From NCBI RefSeq assembly GCF_021869535.1, contig NW_026262712.1, positions 5,084,001 through 5,148,000 on the forward strand: DNA of 64,000 nucleotides. The letters run 5' to 3'. The DNA comes from Mytilus californianus. Lineage: Eukaryota. Positions 13,811-27,661 of this stretch are shown here, in pieces; within the stretch, counting starts at the first letter, position 1, and the number at the start of each line of letters is the position of its first letter. The translations under genes and the position numbers were made by a program. The notes under the pieces are model-generated. The model was not told the origin of the DNA, ran no database searches, and saw nothing but the letters and a program-made list of their open reading frames with translations.

Positions 13811-14809
13811 ATGGCAAGCGGTAAGTTATCTGTGACTGAACGTTGACAAGCAATTGACATGTCAAATGCCGGTAAGAGCACTAGGAGCATTGGCAACCAT
13901 TTCAATGTTAATCGCACCGTCATTATCAGATTTTTACAACGTCATATTGACACAGGAACTGTAAATGATAGACCAAGGTCCGGGTTTAACTACCCATCGT
14001 GATGACAGACTACTTATTGGTCATGCTAAAGCCAAACCATTTACCCCTACCCCATAGCTTAGACACCACTGGCCTCCAGGTGGTCGTGTTAGTGTTCGAA
14101 CATTGGTCTGTCGACTTCATAGAGGCTACCTAAGAGCACGTCGTGTTGTCAAAAGACGTGCCCTAACAGCCAGGCACCGTATAATCAGGTTTCAAAGGGC
14201 AAATGACCATGGACGATGGAACATGAGAACCTGGCAAAATATGCAGTGGTCAGATGAGAGTTGGTTTCTGTCACGACCAATAGACGGCAGAATACGAGTT
14301 TGGTGGGGAAATAAAACTGCTTATCCTCAAAACAACAATTGCCCAACGACAGCAATCTAAGAGGTTTCTTCTCATACTGTTGTAAGCTGGGTATGCATAT
14401 TTTGCAGGGTAACATGAACAGACAGACATACAGGGTTTTGGTGCTTAGAAACATTGTAGTCCCTCATTTTGAGAATCCCCAACTTGCGTCAAGACCCTCG
14501 TACATGGACAACAACACTAGACCACACAGGGCAAGGATTGTAACCGATTACAAAGATCAAGAAGCCATTGACACTATCTTTTGGCCTTCCATGTCTTCAG
14601 ACCTGAACCTTATCGAACATGTCTGGGAAGCCATTGGCAGAAATCTCAATCGCAGAGATCCACCTTTGCAAAATCTTGGCGATTTAAGAGGAGCAATTGT
14701 TGATGAATGGAATAAATTTGCTCAACTAAAGTTCAGAAGGCTTGTACAGAGTATGAGACGCCGTGTTATGGAACTGTATCGGAGGAGAGGTGGTTACATA
14801 TTCTATTGA
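13811..14809 (+). mobile_element. Tc1/mariner-family transposase relic (frameshifted, stops)
   Basis: N-terminal HTH-like region ending DRPRSG; catalytic motifs WSDES, MDNNTRPH (second D decayed) and WPSMSSDLNLIEHVW across ORFs 14103-14360 and 14339-14809. TIRs not resolved. Confidence 0.9.
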
Positions 14810-15066
14810 CTTAAATATTGACATTAAATTTGCCGAACATACCTAAGATTATTTGTAGAGATTTTTAATGATTTTGGGTGATTAATTGTTGTAAAAAAAT
14901 TAATTCAAAGTAAACTTAAATTCCGTTTCTGATATGTGTAACTTTCGCTATTTCCAAGAACGCAAAATTCAAATGCATAGAACCTGCATCAATGACCAAA
15001 TTTAAGTTTATGGTTTGTTTATGGCATATGTTAGCAAAATTGCTACATGAATATTTTCTCTTTTTC

Positions 15067-15270
15067 GAGGATTAACTGTTTTTTTTTGGTGGAGGAAGCC
15101 GGAGTGCCCGGAGAAAACAACCGACCTTCGATAGGAAAACTGACAATCCTAGCCAATTAAGATTGGAGTCGAGTGCACCCGCACGAGCGGGGTTAGAACT
15201 CACAACCTCAGTGTTGACTGGCTAGTGACTACAGCAGTAACTACTTAGACCACTCGGCCACCGAGGCCCC
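15067..15270 (-). mobile_element. tRNA-derived SINE with conserved central domain (V/Meta/MESC-like)
   Basis: Reverse strand starts GGGGCCTCGGTGGCCGAGTGGTCTAAG (A box), has GAGTTCTAACCCC (B-box-like), core TTTTCTCCGGGCACTCCGGCTTCCTCCACC and an A-rich tail; short AACTG flanking duplication. Confidence 0.85.
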
Positions 15271-15504
15271 AACTGGTTTTAGAATAAATGTGTTTATTTC
15301 CAATAAAAAGACCCTATGAGTGAATCAATATTAATACCAAAATATGCCATCTTTAGTGACCTGACAACGGTATCGTAACTATATCTCTTCTGAATAAGCC
15401 TGTTTAAAGGTTTGGTTATCTTTTGAGGTGAATGCCGACATTTGTGTGCTTTGCAAAAAATATTACCATAAAAGATGTGAAATACCTGAACGTATTAGAT
15501 ATAA

Positions 15505-15820
15505 AAAAGAAGATGTGATATGATTGCCACTGAGACAACTCTTCACAAGGGACCAAATGACACAAAACTTAACAACTATAGGTCACCATACGACCCTCAC
15601 AAATGAGCAAAGTCCATACCACATAGTCAGACACAATTGCCCCGAAATGACAAATGTAAAACAATTCAAACGAGAAAACTAACGGCATAATTGCAATACC
15701 AAAAATGAACGAAAAACAAATATGTAACACAGCAACAAATGACATTCTTTGACTTACAGGCTCCTGACTTAAGACAGGCACGTACATACAGAATGTGGGA
15801 GGGTTAAACATGTAGAAATA
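15505..15820 (+). repeat. High-copy dispersed repeat (GAAGATGTGGTATGATTGCCAATGAGACAA family)
   Basis: Related copies at about 19320-19680 (-), 23220-23300 (-), 30230-30500 (+), 32170-32380 (-), 47270-47404 (-, with a 52-bp tandem duplication of its end). Confidence 0.7.
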
Positions 15821-18800
15821 TATCTAACAAAAGCACAGCGTGGAAATGGCCGGGTACTTGTATGTCTGCATCTTGATTTATATTTACGAATAATGTCCTT
15901 TAACGGTATAATGTATGTTTACACAATTTAGGGTGCTAGATGCAAATAATTGTCAACTTAACCAATTGTGTCTGTTCGGGTTGCGCACACAGTTTTGTCG
16001 ATATAACAGAACTATATATAACTGTAATACAGATTGGATGTTTAGCTAGGTATCCATACAAGTACAACGCCCAATTGTCTTCGGAAAATGACTGTTCCTA
16101 GTCAGACAAAACAGACATGATAGGTAAAAACGTCAAAAATAGTTTATTTTAAAGTAATTTTGTTATGACGTTTTTATAATATAAGGTTGGACTTACCCTG
16201 TTTGCCCTCTATTATATACTTGTATATGACCATTTGCCTTCTTTTTGGTAATTAGCATGGATACATCTTTGACCATTTTCAAAATCAGCTTTAAACTTGA
16301 ATATCTCGTACCAGTCTCCAAGATACTATAATAATATACACATATATCATACATAGATAAGAAAAAACCCTGTTTAACATGATATTTGTACCCCAAAGTC
16401 AGTTTGAAAGGGTATGTCTGGATTAAGGGAGACTATTCGTTAAAGCAGTAACGTGCTTGAAATAATAGACTTCATCAATGCGTTTCAATAAAATTGAGAA
16501 TGGAAATGGGGAATGTGTCAAAGAGACAACAACCCGACCAAACAGCAGAAAACAGCCGACGGCCACTAATGGGTCTTCAACACATCATTCATGTGTGACA
16601 GAATAAGAATAATCTGTGTGACGTAAAGCTTAAAACATAAGAATGAAGATGAGGGATACAAACTTAGCAGTGATGAATAACTGTATCAAAGTCTTTCTCT
16701 TTAAAAAGAAAGAAATCAGGGTTGAAACAACTACAACGAAAAATAAAATATTCCCAGATTCTCATCCTACATATCTACTCCAACATATAAATGGATCTTA
16801 GAATTGACCATTTGTTGCTGTTAACAATGAATGACAAATGTTTTACAAAGAAGCAGAACATATTAGTTGTAAAGTCCTCGGTTTCACCCAACCTGTGTAC
16901 AAATCAACGATCTCTCACATAAGAACGTACATCATATAATTATATTAACGAAGAGGTTTTTAAATAATAATAAATAGAAGAATATTATTAAGTAATGACA
17001 CCAGTAGCTTATTAATGTTTAAATCTTATTATTCAATTAAGAAGTAACAACTCAAGTTATAAAAAAAGCACTGAGGAAAGAACAAGCACTCCAACAGGAG
17101 CAACATCTGGTATGTCGACAGCGTGAGCGGCTTTTTCAATACAAATCAATCATCAAAATCTCCTAAAAATACCAGAAATATTAAGATAGAAACATAGGAA
17201 TATACCGAAGAGCCTCAGGACTTTGAACAATCACATTAAAGGGGGGGGGGGGCTCATTAAATTGCTTCAGAGTTAAACATTTGTTTTAGATCCAAATCAT
17301 TGACTGTTTTACCTCGCACTTATAAACGGGAAAGAGATAAAAACAACATCCAATACACCATTGTTCAATCAGTATATACAAACGTTTTCACTTTAAAATA
17401 AGAATATAACAGATAACAATGAGCATTTACAAAATACTTTTAAATAATATACGATGCCTTTTTCAACTTACCGATGAAAGCTTAAAGTCGGATACCACTT
17501 AAACGTCTGGACATTTTCCTTTAGAAATAACTTGTGAATAAGAACTTCCAATTAAAGATAAAATACAGAATAAAGAATACATATTGAAATACACCATTGT
17601 TCAGTCTTTCTGTCGACTCAACTTATACTATAGATACCTGTATTTGTGATACTATCAAGTTAAAACTATAAGCTTTTCTGTTTATAGCTGGTACCATCTT
17701 ACCTTCATTTTGTCACGTTTATGGATAAAGACTACTTATGTAACTGGTCTTAATACATGAACTTATAGTCAAAGGGACGTTTGTGTCCTTGAAAGTTCAT
17801 GGAAATTACCAAAATGTGTTTGCATTGAGTAGTGGGATTGTGTAGAATTGTTTTGACATCGGCAAGTATAGTAAAATAAAATGTATAAATAAATAGTTAA
17901 ACAAAATTTATAAAACAGCTCATTACGAAATAAAGATAAAAGCAGAAAGCAACACTACGAAATATAAAAGAGTGTTGAAACACACTTGAAACAAGTGATA
18001 ATGTTCGATAATTTGCAAAGTAAATCTTTACAACATGCATGAAGGAATATATATGAAGAATATTTAAGTGAAAGCCCATATATACACAATAAACTTGCAT
18101 TTTGCCATTTTCTTTTATATTTTTTGTTGGTGAGCTTTATTGCAAGATAGGTCAAAAGTTATGTTTTGTGCATAATGACATAAAAGTGATATATACTTTG
18201 AGTAATTGAGATGCGACCAAGGATGTATTTATAAACCGGTAACGAGTACTACTCAAAGTTTTGTCAATGTTATACCTGTACTTAAAAAAACAGTGTACTC
18301 TCTCAAAATTCATTTATCGTTTACGTCTGCTCATCAAGGGCATACTGCTCATACCGTTTCAACCAAATTCTTTGTCAAACATATTGTATATAAACATGAT
18401 CAAAGCATTACTCAATTTTTAAAGTTTTTATATTAACATGTTCAGAAATTGTTTTGGGCATAGGTGATTTTTACAGGATTTAACTGTTTTCCCACTCGTA
18501 CTACTGGCGATTGTGAATTAAAGAATCGCATGCGATGTAGTTAATATATGTATAAGATCGAATTCATCACACTAAATGAACCGTCGAATTAAGTAATGAA
18601 AGACGTCACCTTTCGAGTTGATTTTAACTCTTATATATATTTAAGAAGATGTGGTGTGAGTGAAAGGTTGTAAAGAAAATACCAAGTAAGTGTTTGAATG
18701 ACTAAACACACTAATTATCAGTAAAACATAAAGTTGATTATATTATCAACTGTAAACGAGGTTCCCCTGCCTTATTATTAGACTGTTTCAAGCTGACCCC

Positions 18801-21800
18801 GTACTATATCGTATTCATATATATCTTAAGCCAAGAGTCGAATAAAGTAGACTACAGAATGACAAAGACAACAGAGAAAGAAACAAACCAAAACATGATT
18901 AAACACGACACGACACTAAAGATTCAAACCAAAGCACTGTGGTTAAATTATATTACACGAACCAAAGAAAAGTGCAGTGCAACTTCAATTTGCAGTGAAT
19001 GGTTCGATCCAGAACCTTTAAGGGAACTGATCGATATAAATCAAAAACTAAGTAAATAAATATTGTTGGTCTTTATATTAGATATGTCCTTAATGAATAC
19101 TGCTTAGTCCATGCTTATTCTATTTGGCGGCATTTTGTTCAATTTTCTTTTTCTGAAATTGTTTAAAATATAACCCCTTAGTCTAATGATTTTATATTTA
19201 CATTATGTCATAGATCACATTCATTCGTTCAGTATATGTTCACTTGTATTAATATGTCTTTAGATTGATTTAAGCCATGTCAATTGATATTTTATAGTGT
19301 GTCTTTTTATATTGTGATGTTACACTATTGTTTCAGATAAGGGCTAAGGTTGGTACCTATTAAAACGTTTAAACCCGCTGCATTTGTTTGCACCTGTCCT
19401 AAGTCAGGGATCTGAAGTTCAGTAGTTGTCGTTTGTTGATGTGGTTCATAAATGTTTCTTTTCTCGTTTTTTATTTAGATTAGACCGTTTTTTTTCCAGG
19501 TTTGAATGGTTTCACACATGTCATTTTTGGGGCCCTTTATAGCTTGCTGTTCGGTGTGAGCCAAGGCTCCGTGTTGAAGACCGTATTTTGACCTATAATG
19601 GTTTACTTTTGCAAATTGTGACTTGGATAAGAGAGTTGTCTCATAAGTACTCATACCACATCTTCTTATATCTATTTCAATAAACAAGGATCAGTAAATC
19701 GTGTACTTCAGATTATTACATACAGTGTGTTTTGAGTATGCCTTATCATTTGTCTCAACATTTCTCGTGCTTTTTGTCCTGTTTCTATATTGTTTACTAT
19801 TTCTATTTTCATCCTCTTTTAAAAAAAAAGGTATTTAGTTTATTCTACCTTTAAATTTAGACTGAGCGTACTGGTTTAGAAATCTATGTTTATATAACAT
19901 GTTGAAGGCAATTAATTCATTGTGATTAACATCTAAGAATATGTTTTTTTAAATGTACTTAAAATATGCCTGATAAATATTGTTATGTTTAGGTGTTATA
20001 TACAAAGTCATACTATATGTCTAGCATTTCAACTGTTCCGTTTCTCATATATCCTTGCTTTTCAAGTATCCAGCTTTAGGCAATTCTGATGGAGGTAAAT
20101 CAAGGAAAGCACGTCGAACGTTAGCAAATTATAAATATGATAAAGTGTTGTCTTCCTTATTTCGAAAAACTAGAATATCATCTATTGGACAATATCCATT
20201 AAAACTTATGTTTGACATCTTGAAATACAGTGTCTTTTAAGACAACACGATTTATCGGAAATAACAGCAAAATATTTTATTATTTTATAACGTCAAGACT
20301 TTTCAAGTTGCAAACATCTATCACTCTATTTCATATTTGAAGAAAGTCGTATTTCATCATAATAAAGTGTGTCGTAATGAATATGTCTTAAAGCTCGGTA
20401 TTTTTGTTATTTTATTTTTCATTTCTGTGATTTTTATACTTATTGCCTCAAAATATGCTGATAGCGAAAATGTTTTTACAAACAATGTAAACCCTTTAAT
20501 ACTTTGAAGATACTTTAATTTATCTTAGTTGGTTTCATTCATACTAACATGACGATCTTACATTTATTTCAGTGTTTGTCGTTTGGTTGCTATCTATCAC
20601 ATTGTTTACAATAAATTGTGTGAAAAAGATCAGACCGCGTGTTTCCCAGTTTGAATTGTTTATTTTTGCTCATGTCGGTGTCTGTTATAGATGACAATTA
20701 GTCACCGTGTCTATGAGAAGTAGTTACTAGGTTGAAAAACTTGGGTCTAATCCATTTGTCCCTTTGGAACAATAAAATATGTTTAAACTGAACTAAACTA
20801 GAAGAACACGAATATAGGCGTTCTTTCGTGTTTTTTGTTTGTTTTTTGCTCTGCATGTACTGATTTTGTGTCATGGATTGATACTTCAATGCCCTTGTTT
20901 AATATTACTCACTGTTGAATACCGTTTGCTGCTTACACCTACGTCATAACGACTGAGGTGGAAAGTTGTGGCAATCATATAATTTCTTAATATTTTCATA
21001 CTTGTTTCAAATATATTATGTGTTAATTTGCTATTGCATAGATTGTCGTATTTTAGTCATCTTCTTATAATGTTTTATGGCCTAGAGAATGAAACCAAAC
21101 GCCCGAACATTTTAAAACCTTTTTTTAATATCTTCCATACAGTTGTAGTTTAAAGACAGCAAATGTGCAAAAGTGCGAATTGTGATCAGAGGTTTCATTG
21201 TTACATCCATTTTGTTAGTTTTGTTATTGAATAGGTATAATGTTTCGATTTTGATTATGCAACAATAACAGCATTCTTTAAAGAAAAACACCTGTTCATT
21301 TTTCATTGATTCAAAACTATTATACTCCAAATCTCTATGGCCAGTGACATGCGTAGTCCCCCAGTAGCTTTCATATGCGATAGCTGACGTGTTCTGTGTT
21401 ATCTATGTGTCATATTGCCAGGAGTTATATTCAAAATGTATTTAGTCTCAAATATTTTCGGGCATTGCAATTTTAAACTTAATTATAACGATGTTGTAGA
21501 TTTTGGTTAGATCATTTTAGTAATATTAAGAATTATTTAACACAATGTAAGGCCAAGATAAGAACTGATCTTTATAGTAAATACGTTGATCAAATTTTAT
21601 TTTTTGATAAACTTCATCTGAAAAGGTTCAAATTATTAGTTTTCTAATTTTTGTGGGCACCAGAAAAACAACATCAAATATAGCAGTCCGAGCAGAACTA
21701 GCAGGAACCTCCCTTGAACAATTCATTGTTGCAAAGTCTTTATCATACATGACAAGAATGAACTCTGGAAATATCAGTCCTTTATTTAAAAGCATTTATA

Positions 21801-24394
21801 TTGTCAAAATTGCTGAACTCTCATGGTACTTATTCATGGTATAAATATGCAAAGATTACATCATCCATCCCAGATATTTTAAGATAAAGTCGATAAGTAT
21901 TAGGACATGAATACAATAAAGTCTTTAAAGTCCTTGACTTCAGATAAAAAAAAATGGAAATATAATAAATCATTATGATGAAAATAGTAAATGTTACTTT
22001 ATAAAAATTTAAAACTTAATTGGATACGAAATTTGATTAGCTTCCAATGACTTTTTTTTTACAAAAACAATGCTTCAGTAAGTTGATAATTAGAGACCAT
22101 AACTTATAGAAATAGAAAATGGTCACCATCATAAAATTCATAGAATATGTAGACTGTTCCACTTACTGGACGCTTCCTCCTTGAATACACATGTACAGGA
22201 ACAAAAGCTTAATAGATAATGTAATTGAAAGGTGTTTATCTTCTCCATGTTCTCATAAGCGTATGTCTCTTACCCCAAAACAAAAAGTAAAAGAAATGCT
22301 TAACCCCTATATTATGGAACAAAAAAAGGTTTAAAATATTGGCACCTTCATAAATTAGTCATTTAAGCTGAGGGAAGCACTCTTATATTTTATTTTCCGT
22401 GTGTTCATTTCTTCAAGAATTGTTTTGTCTTTCCTATATTATGTTTCATTTCTGATTTTGTTTTTGTCACACAATAATTTTGCTTATATGAACACAAAGT
22501 TTATTATTTCTATCGAAGCTTATATAGTTTGATTTCCGATCCGAAAAACTTGTGTTTGTATTTTTGCAAATCTACTTTCAAAGTAAATCCACATTTATCG
22601 AACATTTCATTTTATTTCACAGTTTTACAAATTGCTCATTTTAAGGGAGAAATACGCTTGCACAAAACAAACCATCCATTTGAACTAAACTTACTTCCGC
22701 AAACAAAACATTTCGACAATGTGTAAACTGAAAAGTATATTTTTGAACAAAAAAAATCGAGAGAAATAAACAATTCCGCTAATTCTTATTCATTCTAAGT
22801 AGTAAGATATATTATTAAAAAATGCCTTTTAGACTTACACTAATAAGTCTAAGGACATGATAAGACCAAACTTAATCGTTTTAAAAAAAATCATATGGAA
22901 TCAACGGCTTGCAAAATGTAATGATTTGGTAAACAAGAGATGTTAAAGATACCAGAAGGACGTCCAAACTCATCGGTTGATAATAAAATGACAACGTCAT
23001 GGCTAAAAAAGAATCAGACAAATTACCAAACAATACCATCAAAAACATAAGAAAAAACAAAAGGAGGAGCAACACGAATCCCACCAAAAACTGTTGACAA
23101 TTGACAATGAGACAAATACCCATCAGATATCAAATGACTATGCTTGTATCAGCCACATAATACACCATGTAATAGTAATGAATTTAAATTTATCATATAA
23201 TGGAATGGCTTTGCTCATTTTTAAATGCCATACGGTGACCTATAGCTATTAATTTATGTGACATTTGATCTCATTGGCAATCAAACCACATCTTCTTTTT
23301 TAACCAACAGGTCAAAATAAAGAAAAAAAAACAAAACAGGAATTGTTTCACTCTTCATTCTGCTGTGGATATGTCTGCTTCTTATTACTGTTCCGTATGA
23401 TACAGATTTAATAGAACGAATTATGCACTGATTCATGATATAAAGTCGATTGTCTGTTGTTTTGCAACGTAGTTTGATTGTCCGTGTGTTCATATTGTTA
23501 AATGAATAGTATCAACGATATCCGTTGTATGTGATAATAAATATATTGACATTAAACTGCTGAGATGTCTAACGGAAAGTATAATTGGAGGAAAGAGCAT
23601 TTCAGCCTAGAACATTTTTAAAAAAAGTTGTAATTCAGGGTAGGACGTAAGACTTGATCACAAAACAAATTGGATTTCCTTTTCCCTTCGTTGCCGTTAT
23701 CATGCTCTTCTCGGCACAAACACATTAGTTTGGTTATATTAAATGGCGTCATGACCAATATAGGTATTAGGTATTACCGCAGTGTAACAAAATACATATA
23801 TTCCTATGATAATTCTATGTTGTCCTCATTCTGTGAAATCGTTAAAACATGTAATTTTATCGCATGCAAAAAAGAGATACGTGTGGCAAAGTCATCAAAA
23901 TGTTGTTTTTAAGACCAATATTTCTATCTGACATGTCAGACAGATTTCATGTTGAAACTTTGTTATATTTTTTTAAAATACATAACTAAAACAAAAGATC
24001 CGGTATTAGGACAATGCTATAAATCTACATAATTAGTTTTTAATTTTACGACATTATGTTTACAAGCTATTAAGTTGATATTATAAGCACGCAATTTGCT
24101 ACACATATTATTGATACACAACATGTTTTTATGCATTTTTATATATAATACATTGTACATTGATATGTTTGTACTGAATGACTCCTTAGATTGATATGTC
24201 AATTAAATAAGTGACATTGTTAAATTTCACTTCTTAATATGTGTTCGAACTGTTTTATTATATAATCTTTAAATTTGCGGATTTGTTTTTTTTTTGTTAT
24301 CTAGGTATAATGTTATTAACCATATGGAAAGTTTGACCGCAAAAATATGTTTTTCAAAGCTGCAGAATCAGGGCGTATTTTCCAATACGTATAC

Positions 24395-24430
24395 TATATA
24401 ACAAGATAGATTAAAATCAAATTGTCAGTT
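24395..24430 (+). promoter_or_regulatory. Core promoter of peptide gene A: TATA box and initiator
   Basis: TATATAA at 24395-24401 and TCAGTT Inr at 24425-24430 (30-bp spacing), 30 bp upstream of ATG|GTAGGT. Confidence 0.7.
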
Positions 24431-24459
24431 CAACTTTCTAGCAAAAACTACACAGTAAA

Positions 24460-24462
24460 ATG
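24460..24462 (+). CDS. Peptide gene A coding exon 1 (ATG only)
   Basis: CAGTAAAATG|GTAGGT; phase 0 matches exon 2, which lacks its own ATG; same design seen in gene B. Confidence 0.7.
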
Positions 24463-25180
24463 GTAGGTATACATTGTTACACATTGCCATGGAGTTGTCA
24501 GTTATTTTTAAATTAATTTCGACAGACGAGTCTGAATTTCATTTTCTGTATCTGTCATCGTTTTTTGTACATTGTCGATTGTTTTTGGTTAGTATATGTA
24601 AGTTAATTTTGACAAAAGAAATAGTTTGACACATTAATTATGAAGTAAAATACAGAAAACCGGCTACAAACGCACCAATAAGAAGGTTGGAACAAACCAT
24701 AAGTTTTTGTTTTAAAGAATATATTTAGTAATGTCCTCCGGAGTTAAGCATTTTTCATACAGTTATTAATGTCTTTAAACATGTTAAAGCAATATGAAAG
24801 TTCAAATTCAATAAAATTTTGGTACATATACATTTTTATTCTGAAAAGAAATCTTTAATTTGTCCTCCAAATTTAGAAGAAATTTACTTATTTTAATTAT
24901 TGGCTTCCCAGACAAAAATTCACCGACATGTTTTTGTATGCAGTGACTGCAACTTTTCTTTCTCGTAAAAATCCGGTGATCGCAATACGCAGGTGCGAAG
25001 GGGAAAACCAAAATGCCAGACAAAAGTCAAACGTAAAGACTGCTGCGTCATCGGAATAAACTGCATCTTAATGTACATGGTTTACATGTGCATACTTCAA
25101 TATCCATGCGTTTTTGTTGATTGTTTAAAAAGGGGACAAAAGGTAAACTTCTGCTTCAAAACATGACAAAAAAAAAAAAA

Positions 25181-25546
25181 TGAAAACAACACGTTTGATA
25201 ATTTCATGCGTCCGAAGCGCTTTTCTGGATTTACCTTCATCAGGAACGCTCAAAGCCAAACATTTGAAATCCAAGGGATGTATAAGTACCACCGAAACAG
25301 TTAAAGAGCTATATGACAAAAATACATAAAACAAGTAGCCAAATTCATCTAAGGTCAACTTTGCCTGAAGGAGTTGAAACCTTAGTTTCTATATAATTTC
25401 AAAATTTATAAACGGACAATTTTAGAGAGGGTTGTTATAAATCATGTCAGTACCGAAGTTCTGACTACTGAGCTGATAATACCCTCGGGGACTGAAAGTC
25501 CACCAGCAGAGGTATCGACCCAGTGATGTAAAAAAGTGAAAACAAC
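25181..25546 (-). mobile_element. Retrozyme-like monomer (356-bp period) in intron 1 of gene A
   Basis: Bounded by TGAAAACAAC direct repeats; near-identical to the 59541-59985 tandem; contains a hammerhead motif. Confidence 0.75.
25206..25251 (-). ncRNA. Minimal type I hammerhead ribozyme
   Basis: Minus strand GAGCGTTC-CTGATGA-AGGTAAATCCA-GAAA-AGCGCT-TC-GGACGCAT: stem I pairing, conserved core, palindromic stem III, UC cleavage site. Confidence 0.85.
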
Positions 25547-27418
25547 AATTTATTGGCTGCCATATTTTCATATCCACACTAAGCGAGTGAAATATTTTAT
25601 TGACGATTATACGATATGGTTACGTACAAAATGATAAAAGTGTGCACAGAAAACTAAGTTTATGATATATGCATGCATTGGTTCAATGATTGGATTATCA
25701 TTTTTGTCACCTTTCAATCGTTTCATATGTCTTAAAGATTTGTTTCAAGTATTTATTTTAAAGCTTCAATTTTTAAGCAATTCTCAAAAAGTGCGTAAAC
25801 CGAATACATAATTTTGCGATCATTTTATTCATATCTAAATATGAACTTAAGACCTAATTAAAAAATAAATTGTTTATTTCCAACTTTTCAAAAGTCTGTT
25901 AGTAAAATATCTGTTTTTAGGTATAAGTTGCAATTTTCTAATATACCGATACCTGTTTGTCAATTTGTCAAATTGGTTGCTAAAATAGTTCCGAAAGTAT
26001 GAAACATGTATTATTAGTTTTAAAGTGTCCAAGAGACATTATACAATATATATTGGGTTAGTAAATTCAATATGGGGTGAGATCAATTGCGATGGCTCGC
26101 TGGGGGGTTATTAAACTTAATGAACTCAACAACAAACATAGTCATAGAAAAGAAACAGCATATTAACACTGGTCACCAGAGTTGATGGTCATTTTGTAAT
26201 TCGGATTGAATTCATATTTTTTAATCAGTTTGTTCCTTTTTTCTATTTTTGACGTTTTTGTGTATTTGTTTTTCTATTTCATGTTTCTCTTTAAACTTGT
26301 ATCTAACTTTTTGAGAAGAATGTATCTATATATCTAAATAAAGCCTACAACATTACACCGGTGTTCATATGTCATAAATCGATAGAGAAAAAAAAACAAA
26401 TCCGGGTTACAAACCAAAACCGAGGGAAATACATCAACTATCAGAGGAAAACAAAGAACAACAGGAAAACCATAGTGCCAAAAAAAAAAAAAAAACGCTA
26501 ATACACATAGAAACGAAGTATGTGATAACAACTGCCATATTTCTGACTCGGTACAGGACATTTTAAAAACAAATGGTGTGATGGACCTGGTTTATAGGCA
26601 TACCAAACCTCCCGCTTTATGAGAATGTTAAAAATATATCGATAACACACAACATGACAGACAAATAATATAATAGTCTTCACAACATGCAAACCGTAGA
26701 ACAACAACGAACATATTCCATCAACGAAAAACAGAACGAGATATTGTTTGTCTTTTAGTTACATGAGTTATGAACAAAATGAATTTAGGATTTTCTTATA
26801 TTGGGTCCATATTTGGCTGGCAAATAGTAAATTACTCAAGCAGAAGCAGTACGATCTTTAAGAACGGACTGTAGCAGCAACATGACTTTTTATTTAAAAT
26901 GATAACTTGTAAACGCTAATACGTTCTGCATGATTTAACGTGAAGTTTATTGAACAATTAATTGCTAGTTTAAAGTCAATATCTAGAAATAATGCGAAAG
27001 AAAGGAAAAATTAATTTAACAATACATATTTTAGGTATATATCTGTTTATTTAGTTAAACCTACTGTAAGTGTATGTGTAATTGTTAGGATCAGCAATTA
27101 TAAGGTCTACAATGAAATTCATATTTTAATGATGTAATGTTGTGGGTGTTTGTCTATCATATTACACCCATGTTAACCTTATATTAACAGACAAAGATGT
27201 ATGATGAGTGTCAACAAGAAAAGTCATTGGATTTATCACGTGAAACCTTACTGTCTGTAGAGTGAATTGACGCCATTATATTATTTGAAATATTTATTTG
27301 ATTAAATTTCAAAAATTTCACTGAGTTTATTATTAAAAAGAAAATGGAGAAAACACAACTTATCTTGTTTTTGTTTCTAGGTAATCAAACATTGATTATG
27401 AGTATTTAATATTTTTAG

Positions 27419-27661
27419 GACTTAAAACTGAGTTGCTTCCTAGTAGTTTTAGCTGTTTGTGCAAGTCTTACTATCGCTCAAAAAAAGACCACCATTACTG
27501 GGGATTTAACCAAGAACAAAGACTCAACAAGAATAGATCTAGGAATATTACACAAACGTAAAAACTTTGAAATTGGAGGATCAGTTTTTGGAGACAATCG
27601 GGGAAATCGAGGTGCAAAAGTAGGCTTTAAATGGAAGTTTGGAAAGAGATCTACAGCATGG
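27419..27661 (+). CDS. Peptide gene A exon 2: signal peptide, 54-aa cationic Gly-rich mature peptide, GKR site
   Basis: TTTTTAG|GAC...TGG|GTATAT; open 81 codons DLKLSCFLVVLAVCASLTIA-QKKTTITGDLTKNKDSTRIDLGILHKRKNFEIGGSVFGDNRGNRGAKVGFKWKF-GKR-STAW; clear homology to 37012-37356. Confidence 0.9.

Larger units (their letters stand above)
19700..24700. repeat. Segment duplicated in inverted orientation at about 52000-60400
   Basis: Matching blocks: 19720-20000/60100-60380, 21100-21320/59250-59480, 21500-22400/57200-58000, 22500-23120/56480-57100, 23281-23920/55190-55900 (paired ORFs MNTRTIKLRCKT...), 23920-24700/52000-52700. Confidence 0.85.

Noticed and set aside
24370-24385. GGGCGTATTTTCC as an NF-kB site in the gene A promoter
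   Set aside because: Spacing does not fit GGGRNNYYCC and it is not conserved in the 42.5 kb duplicate.
26775-26826. MNLGFSYIGSIFGWQI|GTAAAT as an in-phase upstream exon
   Set aside because: Frame not conserved in the duplicate at 40.9 kb and it would bury the signal peptide; best read as intron sequence.
27343-27380. ATG GAG AAA ACA...CTA G|GTAATC as exon 1 of gene A
   Set aside because: Ends in phase 1, which throws exon 2 into a frame that stops early; the ATG|GTAGGT exon at 24460 has TATA/Inr support, right phase and a parallel in gene B.
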